DNA of 56,953 bases, counting the filler, from Sphacelaria rigidula (lineage: Eukaryota): assembly GCA_964200075.2 (NCBI GenBank). It is 7 parts of 7 records of this genome, joined end to end, with 100 filler letters (N's around TTAATTAATTAA, not from the genome) between each part and the next. Parts side by side here need not be neighbours in the genome. Positions count along the whole stretch, not along the records: positions 1 to 8,051 come from CAXNAA020012492.1; positions 8,152 to 16,202 come from CAXNAA020012493.1; 5 more parts are not named here. The stretch is one strand, 5' to 3'. The position numbers were made by a program, and so were the translations under genes. Numbering within the stretch: position 1 is the first letter of the stretch; each line of letters begins with the position of its first letter. Positions 1 to 12,110 of the stretch are shown here, piece by piece. The notes under the pieces are model-generated. The model worked only from the letters and a program-made list of their open reading frames with translations. It ran no database searches and was not told the DNA's origin.

Positions 1-356
1 GGTCAATAGTCAAACGACTAAGGCAAGTCTGAAATGAGTACCCCCCCCCCCCCCCCCCGCCCGGGAACAGGCTCATAGCCCACCACCCCCCCGCTCCTAT
101 TCATTCCCACACGCTAGGTGGTGACGACCCCCACCCCCCCCCCCGATCTAGTCAGATATCAGATCGTAGCCCCCCAACACCACTTGTGTATCGTAGGCCT
201 ACACTTGAGTTGCTACGACACACCGTCCGCATCCCTTGGCGATGCGGCGAGCGATGAGCTTACCTTGGCGGATTTCAGAATCCCTTAACCCGATCTGGTC
301 AGATATCAGATCATAGCCCCCCCCCCCCTCCCCTTTGCTGCATTGTAACCCCCCCA
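1..356 (+). repeat. Stack of short retroelement-like 3' ends, each followed by a C-run
   Basis: 1-58 matches the GGTCAAT...GACTAAGGCAAG...ATGAGTAC-Cn tail; CCCGATCT(A/G)GTCAGATATCAGATC(G/A)TAG-Cn occurs twice (about 141-175 and 288-328). Confidence 0.65.
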
Positions 357-559
357 CAGGTTTTGGTACCGTGTTTCTTTGTGCTGAGTTCACATTCGTG
401 GTGACTCCGTTTCTAGTAACCGTAGTCACATTTCTTTTCGCCGTCGCATCTCCGTCCATGTCCCCTGAGCATCAAGTGTTTTTTTCTTCTTGTCTTCGAG
501 GTTTCTCTACGCGATGAGATGACTGTAGAGTCAGTCCAGCCTCCCGCATATTTGAAGTT

Positions 560-970
560 TCGATTACTCGTTCTATGGATGTGCTTGTTGTTGTCACTAC
601 TCAACCCCCTGCCGCCAGCCAAGAGAGGTCGCCGCACGGGAGTATTCCCTTACATCGTCTTGTTGCACGGGTCCTTGGTTATACCGTGTACTGCTAATGA
701 TACCGCCCTTGTTGTAGGCCGTATTTATGCCCGGCGACTGTTTCAGGTTGAAGTGAGTTGCTGCATTTCGACAATCCATCTGGATGTGTTCGTTTGTTTG
801 TTCTACCCCTATTCCGTGGCGCAGCCTGGTGAGTTGGCGACACGGGTGTGTTCCCTTGTGTCGTTCCGTTGCTCGTGGTCCAGTGTTCCCCCGGGAATGA
901 CCAAATCATACCGCCCTTGTTGTAGGCCGTATTTCCGCCGGACGATTGCTTTGAGTTGGGTATTGCGTCC
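560..970. repeat. Diverged tandem duplication of about 208 bp
   Basis: ATACCGCCCTTGTTGTAGGCCGTATTT at 700 and 908, with weaker similarity in the flanks. Confidence 0.6.
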
Positions 971-3900
971 TGACGAATTGTTTTTTTTAATTGACATCAA
1001 GTTTTGCTCATGACACGCGATAGTTGATCCGCCGGGCTGAACGAAAAGTTCTCACCCACCGCCTTTGGCTTTTTACCCTGAGTGTCGTCTTGGATGGGCT
1101 CGTGCTCACTCCCGCATGATTTTGATTTTCGCACTTCGGGCACACCAAACCTAAACTTCGGCTGCATCCCCACTTTTATCTCCCTGCTGCTGCGTAGTTC
1201 TCCCCCCATCGCATTGTACTTCACGCTGCACGCCTTTTCCAAGGCAGGTTTGATACTTCAAACGCCCTGCCACGGAAACGAGCGGGGTGCCACTCTCGCT
1301 TTACGCGACGAATGTGTCGGGACGGAGTCGGACAAAGACGTGGAGCTCACTTGGATCTGCGTCCGACCAGAGCAGTTGCCGCGATGCTATGCCGCAACTG
1401 CGTTTTCCCTCCCCTCTCCCCGGATTGTCTGGCATTCCATCCGTGTTCCGTTGCTAGATCAAGTCTACGCGTGCGTACTATTTAGTGCTGTACTTTGTAG
1501 ACGGACTTGCGTGTGTGTTGTCTTGTTCAACATAAGTGCGTGAGTGTCATGTAGATAGAACGTTTCCCCTTTTGTGGATTGAACGTTTGATGATGTGTCG
1601 GATCGCAGCGATGCTTGCCTTTTAGAGGTGTGGGAGAGTGATTATTTTCTTCTTCGCTTTATGCTTTTGTACGAGTGTAGTGTAGAAGAGCCCTGTCTCG
1701 TTGAATTATGAAGCTCCTCGACGAAATTACATTTTGCCAAGGTGATGATGATTCAACGGCATAAGGGCTCGTCTAGGATGGGCTAGTGTGATGAAGCATG
1801 GAGGCGTTGCAAGATATACGCTGTGCGGGTCCGCTCGTAGACCCTGAATTCCGTGACGCATTGTTACCGCGTTTGCTACTGTCATTAGTTAGGATTGTTC
1901 AGCCGCGGCCGCGTTGAGCCACCTCAATCAGTTACTGCCCTTGCCGTGGTCTACCCTGGGCCATCACTGCGCTCTGCTCTTATAGCTGCACTGCGGCTGT
2001 ACTGAGTAAGACAGCTGCTCGTAGATATAACATGGCGCTATGAAACACGTGAGTTCTTCATCAACCGTTTGCACATGGATTAACCTACTGTGTGATTGTT
2101 CTTGATGAATAGCTATAGGTCGTACGTTGTGCCCACGTGAGAGCTTGGGCTAGCTGGACCCAATGGTATCTCCTGGTACTCGAAGTGAGAGACCTCAGCC
2201 AGTGCAATAGCCTCCCATCATTATAACAAATTCCTATACCTAACGGAGATGGCGTCCATACTAAAATCTCTATGAAAACCCCGATCGATGCATTCAGCGG
2301 ATGACGAATTTTGGTGTGGACATTCTCGGGAGCAAGGAGAGGCGATAGATACCCTCACCTTCACCTTACTCGTCATCTATCCCGAGATATGGCGCACATA
2401 AGTTTTCATACTGAAATCAATATATTACGAGCAGAGGCACTAGGTGCCCTAAATCTGGATATCGCGTCTCGGTTTTTGAGAGTTGTTCCATAAAATTTCG
2501 TGTGGTGAACCGCTAGTGTATGATAAAATAAGAACAGCTTGTTACGTTTTTCATTTCTTTTCATTTTTTTTCGTGTTTTTTGTGGAGTTTTGAGGAGACA
2601 TGGACATTGCTCCTAGGCCTAATCTCAATGCTTTAGCTCAAAATTTAGAAATTGTGATTTGAAAGTTAGCATGGAGAACCACAAAAGTGTGCTGAATAAA
2701 AAAATATGGGTCTTTCTCATGTATTCATTTTCATAAAGGTTAGGGCGTTCTCGTGAAGGAATGGTCTTTACCGCACTAAAACGCCCTCAACCAGTGAAAA
2801 AATGAATAAGAAAAAACTGACCCACTGATTTTTGTTAATTTGCCCTGGCGAGGGCCCACACGAAATTCCAATACACAAAAACCAAACGTGAGCCAGTGAG
2901 AGGCCTGCGAAATACTGTCCCGAATTTCTACCGATCCGATTCTTGACCCTTTTGGGACTGAAGCTCACGAACACCACGTACACGACCTTCCACACCGGGC
3001 GGTTATGCACCACATCATCCAACATCGAATTTGCCCTGGCCACCTTGATTAATTTGATTTGGTTCTGTTCTCGTACCACTTCATATGCAAGGCGAAGACG
3101 ATTGCTGACCGACAAGTGATACTCTGCAACATCACGATCCAGACTCTGATGTCCACCTCTATTTTTGCGTTCGACTACCGTTAAAGGTAACCTAGGCATG
3201 CGTCCAATATGAATTTCATTCTGCGACAATCCCGTAGCGGCATTGACTGAAGTGTTGTAGTTCATCTGGACAAGGGGCAGGTGCAGATCCCAGTCCATCT
3301 GTCTCTCATTTGCTATAGCGGCAAGCATCTGTGCCATCGTGTCGTTCACTCGTTCCGTTCCACCATTGGTGGAAGGGTGATATGAAGGAATGAATATGCG
3401 ATGGGCACCCAGAAGGTCACTGACGGAGGCAGAAAGTTTGCCTGAAAAATACGGGCCGTTGTCAGACAGTAAGCGTTTGGGCACACCCCACAGTGGGATG
3501 TACATGTAGACAAGAATATTGGCGGTACCTCCCGCAGTATAACTACTGGCGGGGACGGCGTGCATCACCGCATGTCGATTAAATCTATCCGTAAACAACA
3601 AAGTTAACTTATTCCTACTATCCGTCAGGGGCAAAGGACCAAAATAATCCCACGAAATCACTTTACCAGGCCCGTTTGGGAGTGGCATGGAAACCATCGG
3701 CCAACGAACTGTTTGACGAGAAGTTTCTCGCGCGTGACACAAAAGACAACGCCTCACCCACCAACGACAACACTGATCCATACAAATCCACCAATAAAAA
3801 CGTTCCAACATCTAGGAGGTCCTAATGGCGCCTAAATGAGTCGATGCCTGTGAATGACATTCGTGTAGAACCTATGGGCGCAGGAGCATCGGGACATAGA

Positions 3901-6134
3901 TGTGGATGGGCTCATCACCTAGGAAGGGGGCATGTCGACTTGTAGGCTTCCCCCTAGGGAGGGCTGCTGTGGGCCGGCGAACTAACAGAACTATACCATC
4001 ATCATCCGTATGTAGCATACCTTTCCTTGAAAGTTCAGTAACTTCATCCTGTGTGGGCGCTTTGAGATACCTGACTGGCAAAAGAAATTCGGTTTCTGAG
4101 AATGGACATGAACAACCTTTAGATAGATAATGGATAGCTGATTTACAAGCAGGTTCTACCTGTTGTTCCCGGGCCCGATCGGCGTGGGAGAAGAGAGTCA
4201 AACGTTCCTTGAATACACCATCTATTGAAGCGTCGACTTCGTGTTGGGTCGGTTCGGGGTGGGGTTGGCACGAAGCGGTGATTTCGGAATCAAGGGTGAG
4301 CCTACCAGTCGGTGTACTCTCAGACGGAACGTTAACGTCTATCCCTGCGTCGATTAGCGTGGAGGGTGTTGTGGTTGTGTTTGCAATATCATCACCAAGG
4401 GAGATGGGCACAGCCGTGGTTTCGGCTATGGTTGGCAGGGGCGGCACGGTCGGGGTCGATTTTCTGGGGGCTTTGCGTCGCGGAGGCTGCGGGGGCGCAA
4501 GGAAACTATCGGAGACCGGGGTGGGGGCAGGGAGGGGAAGGTCAGGACCAGATACGGCTAATTTGGTGGCCGTTTCGGCGGTTCGCCGTCCACGAGTCCT
4601 ACTCGAAATCAAATCTCGAACTTGAACTGGTAAGATGGAGTCAGCAAAGGACGGTTCTACACCTGCTGCGAAAACCATGCGCCGGCCAGTTGCACGAAAA
4701 TAATCATAACCAACAGTATTCGTAGACAATCCATTCCAACTGGGTACAACGATTGAGGTTGTAAGCTGCCTAGGACTGATGCGTGGGCTGTGGTCGTCAG
4801 TCCACCCATGCCTAAAGCCGGCGTTTCTCTCAGTGAAAGTGGTGTGTAGAGACCTCTGTGTCCATTCCTGCTAATGAATGATACAATGTCTTCGGTGGGA
4901 TCGGTGGTACGTCCCATGGGGGATTCATCGATAGGTTGAGCTGGTGTGGGCAAGCGTGATAGAAAGTCGGCGTTTGCATTCTGGGGACCTGTACGGTACT
5001 TCAGTTGGAAGTTGTAGGACGACAGGATTTCGAACCAGCGTTGGACCCTAGCGTTGTGTTCCGCAATTTTGGCAAGGCTTTCCAAAGACTTGTGATCGGT
5101 ATAAATAAAAAACGAGATGTCATACAAATACTGACGCAGACGTCGCACGCACCAAGCAACTGCGCCGGCCTCTTGTTCCATGACAGACCAATTCTGTTCA
5201 TTCGGAAAAATGGTGCGACTCAGATAGACAATGGGACGAACAGTAGCATCGACTTGCTCCTGTTCTAATGTGCAGCCGAACCAATTTTGGAAGAATCTGT
5301 GTGAAGCTGGAAAGGGCGGGAACCCTGCTCCGCGACCGACCAGTCGGGGAAGACGAGAATCGGCGGGCGCGAAAGGGTGTCAAGGAGGCGACGGGCGGTT
5401 TTTTCCATTTCTAATGTAAACATAAATTTCACTCCTTTTTTGAGGAGGGTGGTGAGGGGTTTTAGCTTTTGGGCAAGGTTTGGCAAGTACTGTCTGTAGT
5501 AGCTTAGACCTTCCAACAAGGAACGCAGTTGAGAGATGTCCCGTGGCATGGGCATATCGGAGAGTGCGGCGACCTTGTCGAGGTTTGGGCTACGACCTTC
5601 GGGGGTGGTGCAATGACCGAAGAACTCAATCTTCGTGGCGCCAATGCGGGAATTGGAGGGTGCGAGTTTCAAGTTGTGTTGTTCAAACCGATTGAAGAAT
5701 GATGCCAACTGTTCGACGTGTTCAGCCGGTGTGGAGTCGTGGCACACGGCATCATCAAGGTACATATGGCATTTGGGCAATCCATCAGTAACACGGAACA
5801 TCACACGTTGGAACGCACCTGGAGCTCCGGCGGCACCTTGTGGTGTAACCAAACACTCCTACAAACCTGATGGCGTGCAAAACGCTGTCAGTTCAATGAA
5901 ATTTGGATCCATCACGAGTTGGTGGTAGCCGGACTGCATGTCAAAGTTCGAAAATACTGCACCCCCGCCAAGAGAGTCAATAATTTCATCAATCCGTGGA
6001 AGTGGCAGCCGGGCGATTTTGGTGACAGCGTTCAAGCGTTGATAACTGACCGTCAGTCTGATTTTGCCATTCTTCTTTACGGACGACTACTAAAGGCGAG
6101 GCCCACGGAGACGTCGAGTGCCGAATTAAACCGG

Positions 6135-6393
6135 GAGTGATGCTGCGATAGGGTCAGCATTTTTGTGGCCAAAACCGGTCTGATTCAGGGGTTCCTAAAA
6201 TTAGGAATTACACAAGAACATGGGTCAGGATATCCCCGTTTGCAAATTCATTCGGGATATCCCTAGCAAATTGGAAGAAAAACCCTGGCGTACTCTCACC
6301 TATTTTGAAAGTCGTGTTTTGGATGAGATAAAGGGTTCCTAACAATTTCTACTCTCAGGCCGTAAAAGTGCTGACCCTATCGCAGCATCACTC
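6135..6393. mobile_element. MITE inserted in gypsy RT; 25-bp perfect TIR GAGTGATGCTGCGATAGGGTCAGCA, flanked by CCGG
   Basis: TIRs at 6135-6159 and 6369-6393; absent from the homologous position of gypsy copy 2 (about 56100-56125). Confidence 0.93.
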
Positions 6394-7639
6394 CCGGCGG
6401 ATAAGCAACCATCGAGAATTACCTGGATCTTATCCGCTAAGAGGGGGTTCGTACGGTACGGACGCATCGCGATAGACGGAGTGCCACCAGGAATCTTGAT
6501 CTTAGACGGTGTCGTGGTACATCGACCTGAATCCAAGGGTGCAGTAGAAAACCGTTCAGAGTATCTAATCAAGATGGATTTCAATCTATCGATTACAGTG
6601 GGTGTTCAACCATCGCCAGATAGATCAAAAACAATATGCCGTAAGTGAGGGAGAATGTCATCCCACAACTTTTGAAAACTAGCGCGTTGTTCTGGAGAAA
6701 ATCTATCCAGTAATGCAGTTGGGGGTCGAGGGTCAGGCGCATCCGGTGGATTTGTCACCACCATGGGGTCAGGCATGTGTAGCGGAGGGGGGGGCCGTGG
6801 ATTTCGGGGGGTCGGTCGGCGAGTTGTTGTTCGCCGGGGGGCACACATCTGACAGGGCGGCTCGTATGAGAGGCGCTTGAGCATAACCCAACAACTGACC
6901 GTTGAGTATATCGAAACATGCAGGACGTGAGGTAAATGGCCTGCCTACCTTCGTGGGCAAAAACCTCGGTCTGTTCAAACGGACCAACCTGTGCTTGGTC
7001 AGGTTCGAACAACTCGACCAAATATTGTCCTGTGAGGGCGGGCGATCCATTGCGTCTCACGAGGTTCACTTGGATTAGATGGGGTTCACGAGAAAGCGAG
7101 ATTACCGGTTCACCAACATAGTACAGACGGAAAGCATTAGTTGTTTTCGTGGGGTCATCCATGCATGAGCCCCCGAATCAGCGTCGAAGTGACCCAGTGA
7201 CAGTTTGCCTGTGACTGGACGGTTCGGGACAGATGTGTCCGTCGTATACGTGTGGGAGGAAAAACGAAGCCAACTATCTCGACCCAGCAAAACATCAAAA
7301 GACATGGCACCGTCGGGCACTATTAGTGCCCATACGGACAACCGAGCAGTGGGAGTAGTATCCTGGTAGAATTGTACACTTAGTCTCACCGATTGATTGG
7401 CCGTAAGAGATGTGGAGGACCCAAATCCACCAAACACACGAGGGTGCACGGTGGACAGACAATGCTTGTCCGCCGCGCCCGCGTTGATCATCTGTTGCCA
7501 GAAGCTGGCTGTAAAGAACGTTTGAGATGAACCAGAGTCTGGTAGTGCAAGAGCTATCAAATGACAGTTTGCACGCGCTCCACTATGTAAACCTATCTTG
7601 GTCGTAAAAGAAGCATCATTCCTAGTTGCAATACCACTG

Positions 7640-7848
7640 GTAATGCGTGAGAGGACCGCGTGCTTAGAGGACCGCGCCGTAGTTCAAAACACCTCAGGAT
7701 CGACGTTTTTCAAAACCAATCGGGTCAGTCTCTGGAGGTACCACACCCCTGACCATAACCCTACCACTAACCCTGACCCTAACCCTAACGATAGGGATGC
7801 TCAAATTCCGATACGGTCCTCTAAGCACGCGGTCCTCTCACGCACTGC
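7640..7848. mobile_element. MITE with about 35-bp TIRs, 7-bp TSD ACCACTG and internal degenerate (CCCTAA)n
   Basis: TIR core TGCGTGAGAGGACCGCGTGCTTAGAGGACCG at both ends; TSD 7633-7639 and 7849-7855; empty site in gypsy copy 2 near 54860-54875. Confidence 0.92.
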
Positions 7849-8051
7849 ACCACTGACGAGGTCGGGCCCGAATTCGGGTAAGACATCTGACACATCCTGC
7901 TTTGCGTTTTGAACGAAGGTGCTGAAATACACCCGTTGATGATCCTGTGGGACAAGCTTTTGGTCGGAAGGATGGTGCGTGCATGGAGTGTCAGTGTTTG
8001 TGCCTGGAATATTTGTCTCATCAGTCGAGGGTTGAATCTCATATACTGCAA

Positions 8052-8151
8052 NNNNNNNNNNNNNNNNNNNNNNNNNNNNNNNNNNNNNNNNNNNNTTAAT
8101 TAATTAANNNNNNNNNNNNNNNNNNNNNNNNNNNNNNNNNNNNNNNNNNNN
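8052..8151. other. Artificial contig-joining spacer (44 N + TTAATTAATTAA + 44 N); identical spacers at 16203-16302, 24354-24453, 32504-32603, 40654-40753, 48804-48903
   Basis: Six identical 100-bp spacers with a six-frame-stop linker; flanking contigs are all 8050-8051 bp (length-sorted concatenation). Confidence 0.98.
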
Positions 8152-8430
8152 AAGCGCGAAGCGCCGTGGTGTGTTCGGCGAGTAGCATTAAGGGTGAGCT
8201 GCATCCTGCTGAGATTCTTCGGCCCGAAACCTACTGATTGCCTTGCATTTGGATGACAGCCTACAATGAGGTGCTATATTATCTGGTATTGCCACTTTCA
8301 GAGACAGCCACGGCTTATACACTGCGTCATGGGTGCGTCACCAGACCAGTAGGGGGGGGGGGGGCGTACTCATTCGTTGCTTGCCTTAGTCATAAGACCA
8401 TTGACCACGCATCCCTTTCGAGACGGAACA
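8152..8430 (-). mobile_element. Fragments of C-tailed non-LTR families B (8152-8340) and A (8352-8430)
   Basis: Near-identical to 27730-27925 and 27980-28053. Confidence 0.8.
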
Positions 8431-9439
8431 CCTGCTGTAGGCATGGGGGTGTGAGAAAGGGGGGGAACGACGGAAGCAGGGTGCGTATAGGTTTGCAGGC
8501 CTCTACGTTGATACAAAATGCACAGGGAGTTGGGGGAAGCACGCGAGTCGATTTGGCTGCTGGGTTTCCGGGTAAGGCGTTGCTTCATGACGCACTGTCA
8601 CCTTTGGCATGAATGACGCCACTGCGTGCATGCCATGGACCACGGAAGACACGAGGAGACTGAGGGATGTATCTCGGCGCGGGGGAGGAGGGCAGTCATT
8701 AGTGCGGTGTGGTGATGACGTATTTCTTTTCTTTTCATTTCTTTTTTCTTTTCCTTTGTTTCGGTTTGTGATCAGTTGGTCAACAACCCTTCGGTGCGAT
8801 TTTTCCTGATGAAAGCGCTCATTTCGCGTTGCGCTTGGGATATGTGCAGTACTATCCAAAATTTAGTTTTATTCCATCTCCGTTCGATTTTATTCGACCT
8901 GATTTGTTCTTTAGTTTATGCTATTCGATGCTGATTTTTTTTTGTTTTGCTGACAACGTGGCTACTGATTTCTTCTTGCAGTTTTGGCAGCGTTTTGGTG
9001 CGCCTTCAGTCCCACTTGTGCAGAGGTCTTGTGATTGATTGTAGCGGCGTTCCTTCGCTGCGATCTATATTCTGTCGCCGACTGCTTCTACTTAGGTCAT
9101 GTCATGATCAGAGCCCGGAGGAAGGGGGGGACGAGCTCTGGATATGCTTAGGTTAGCGTTGGGGTGCGCGATGTAAGTGCGGAGATAAGTCGGACATACG
9201 AAGGTGAAATCTCGCACACTTGTCACACTTGTCACGTGCTAAGATACGTTAGGTCCTCTGAAGTAATCGTTTTTCGATTTTCCCCGCTCCTGGGGATGGA
9301 GAAGGGGCGGGCGATAAAAGACAACTCGACTGCCAGCATCATATACTTTCGTCAACCCGCGATGCGGGAGGATAATGCTGTATGTGTCTGGCGAACACCA
9401 CGCCACGTGCCGTTGTCGACAATCGAATGCATGTGACCG

Positions 9440-12110
9440 GCATGGACTTTATACAGGGCTTAAAGCGTGGGAAAGATAGATAGTATGTGTGTGAGAAGCT
9501 AGTCGGTGATAAATGGCGCAAAATACTGTTGAAAGGGATCGATATGTGCGGTAGAGATGAACATGGTGATGGGCACAGTTCGAACCCGACGCCTGATGGG
9601 TCGCCGCCTCGACGCAAGACCTCTGGTCGAACGGCTCACTATATCTAGTCGGTGGCGTTCCACTGCGTGAAAGCTTAGACTTCCTAATAGGAAAGCTTCG
9701 TTTATTGAACGCGAAGGCGGACAGGTTCGATTCCGTGTTTGATGCTTTACACTGGAGAGTCGGCTGTGCTCCATGGCTTTGTCGGTTCCAGACCTGAGGA
9801 CCTGAGGAAGGGGCTGGTTGCAGGTTGTGTGAAACGAAGCCGAAACTGCGAGCATCGTGTCTATTGCGGTTGGGGGCGAGGAAATCACGATGCCGGTTCT
9901 TGTGTTCGTCAAGATTTGTTCCAAGGTCACGAGCGTGTTCAGCGTTGGCTCGGCACCTGGACGATTCGGCAATGCGTGTTGCGATAACAGGGAGTCACAA
10001 CCTCGATTTGTGTAAGAGATACTGATGTATGTCTCGGTTGCCACCGGGTTGAAGGAAGTAGAATGACGAGCATCGCTTCTCGCATTTGAAACGTTCATGA
10101 TGAGGTACGCGTTTACTTGCGATGTGTTATAGGTCATCACTGATGTTCCCATGTTGATTGGGTTAGATATTTCGCCGGTGTGCTGTATACACGACAGCAG
10201 AAGCATGTTGCAAATATTTCCATCTCTTGACGCTTTTTTCGTTTGCTCGTTCCGGTGTTTCCAAAAAGTACAGAGATGAAGTGTGGGGGTAACGCCAAGC
10301 GTCTGTGGTGTAGGGCAAGTGACGCTGGAGGTGCTTTGTTTGGAGGGTTGTAGGTCATCATCCGCTGTGGCCGTTGTTCGGTTGACATCTAATTCATGTT
10401 TTGAGTGGAACAGGATTTTGCTGCCGACGTTTCTTCTAGAATCATTTTGCCCATTCAGTTTCTGCAGTAAGTGGGGAAGTGAGTGCCCTTGACCATTGCA
10501 GTGGAGGTGAAGAACAGTATCATACGCCATGGGTGAACTTTGAGAAATGAACACCTTGTTGAGGCACGTGCTGTGCAACGTCGGCCGTGAAGTGTGCTGT
10601 GTGCTTTTGTACGACGTCTTACGCGCGTGTCTTGGTAAAGCTCACCAGACAGCGAGAGCGTGGCGGTTGTTGTGCGTGTATGCATCTCAAGGCACCCGTC
10701 GAGGGCCTCCAGTATAAATAGTGTGTTTTTTTCTTGGTCTGATTGTCAGAATCATTGTTTGGGTTGTCGTACAGTGTGCCATGGCCGAAGGGGTGGGCCC
10801 GTTTGTTTGTTCATTGCTCGGTGGTTCGTGCCCCCCTGTTTCCTTCACTCCGCTTTTGCTCTTACTTGGTAGTTTGTATGAGCCCAGTGGAGGGGAGCAC
10901 CGCGATATTTGCAAATCACGATTTTGCCGTTTCTAAGAATATCCTCTACTGAACACGTCTTGTCCGTACCTCGTCGCCTGGGGTTCCCGAGGTCTTGTTA
11001 GTGAGGAGGATGCTTGCCGTAGAGAACTGTTGCTCAACAGCGAGCTCGAAGACCTGCCGTGTTGATGTGTGTGTGTATATCTGACGGGACCGCCATCGTA
11101 TGTACAAAACAAAGTACGAGTGCGACTGAGGATCATTTCTTTGGAGATGTCGTGGACAGCAATCTATGATATTGTGAAGGGCCGTCGTTTTTGTCTTGTC
11201 TTGCATTCAGTCCCCGTTATATCGTTATTTGAGACTTACTACGGGACAACCGGAAACCGAACACAGAGGGATTTGTGTTCGTGGCGGGCACCAAAGCGTT
11301 TCGTATGTTTTGACGACGTGTCTCCTTCTAGCGTGGAGCGCGCCTCGTCGTTCGGGTTGATGTAGACACTATTCGAAACCCGCCGTTTCCCCCTGCGATA
11401 TTATTGTTAGGTAGCTGTGTGTAACTCTCGTTAGTCCCTGGACCCCATCTTTGTTTCAACAGCGTCGTTAATTTCTCAGGCGTCCCTTTGAAAGGGATTG
11501 TTGTCGACGCTTTCTATTGTGATCGTGAGATCCACTGAGAAATGTTGGACTGTGATGTACTCGAGCGGGTTTCCGAGCTGTCCACATATGAGTGCGGGAT
11601 GATGTGGTCCGTGTGTGAGATTATGTGTGTTTTAGTCGCTTGCGTGCTACAGTGTGAGGGTCGATGCGGCGTATGAACTACATCTGTTTCCTTCATCACT
11701 GTTCGGGATGAAATTGCAGTGCCGCCGGATGATCATGATGGGTATAGATATGTGGCTTTCGGCATGGGCAGTCATTTTCCATTGTACATGTATGTACACT
11801 ACTGTAGAGGAGCTGCTGCTGATGGCCATTGTAGCTATGACGGTCCTGATGCAGAAGGTAGTGTCGTTTTGGTAAGGAGGGAGTCAGGCGAGTTGTGATT
11901 GGCATGCGCGATAGGCTTCATGATGTCGCGCTACATACATGTAATCCACGTTGTCGTCTGGTGTCACGAGCTTTGACCAATACTGGCAAGAGGGATCTTT
12001 CCGGGCTCGCCCGCCCCACGCCACCGTTTGAACGCCCTTCAGCGTGCCACGAGTGTCTGTCGATGGCTTGTGAACGTCTTGACATCGATTTCTGGTACGC
12101 ACGTACGAAA
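9440..12110 (+). pseudogene. Possible highly decayed Cys-rich (CxC/KDZ-associated-like) transposase relic
   Basis: Frameshifted peptides LYEPSG..AIFANHDFAVSKNILY, SWTAIYD, DLCSW..RFVCFDDVS, and HCSYDGPD..SFDQYW..CERLDIDFWY; no catalytic core seen; recognition by eye only. Confidence 0.3.

Larger units (their letters stand above)
2989..8051 (-). mobile_element. Ty3/gypsy LTR retrotransposon pol (PR-RT-RH-IN), decayed, copy 1
   Basis: Protease ALPDSGS (ORF 7102-7560); RT PQGAAGAPGAFQR and YLDD (5265-5852); RNase H FQLHTDSS, EQEAGAV, YTDHKSL, NANADFLSR (4657-5383); integrase WDYFGPLP, LSDNG, NGGTERVN (2768-3811 ORF). Integrase lies after RH, the gypsy order. Several frameshifts/stops and two nested inserts. 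Confidence 0.96.

Noticed and set aside
2117-2988. TIR element truncating the gypsy integrase
   Set aside because: Termini AGGTCG..TACGT align only with gaps, there is no TSD, and the integrase does not resume on the other side; an insertion is likely but cannot be defined
5290-8051. Contigs 1 and 7 as the same locus or alleles
   Set aside because: Many substitutions and private insertions/frameshifts indicate separate paralogous copies
8096-8107. Recurrent TTAATTAATTAA motif every 8.15 kb
   Set aside because: Assembly linker, not biology
9499-10578. 359-aa minus-strand ORF as a real gene
   Set aside because: No motifs and S/T/H-rich composition typical of an antisense shadow frame
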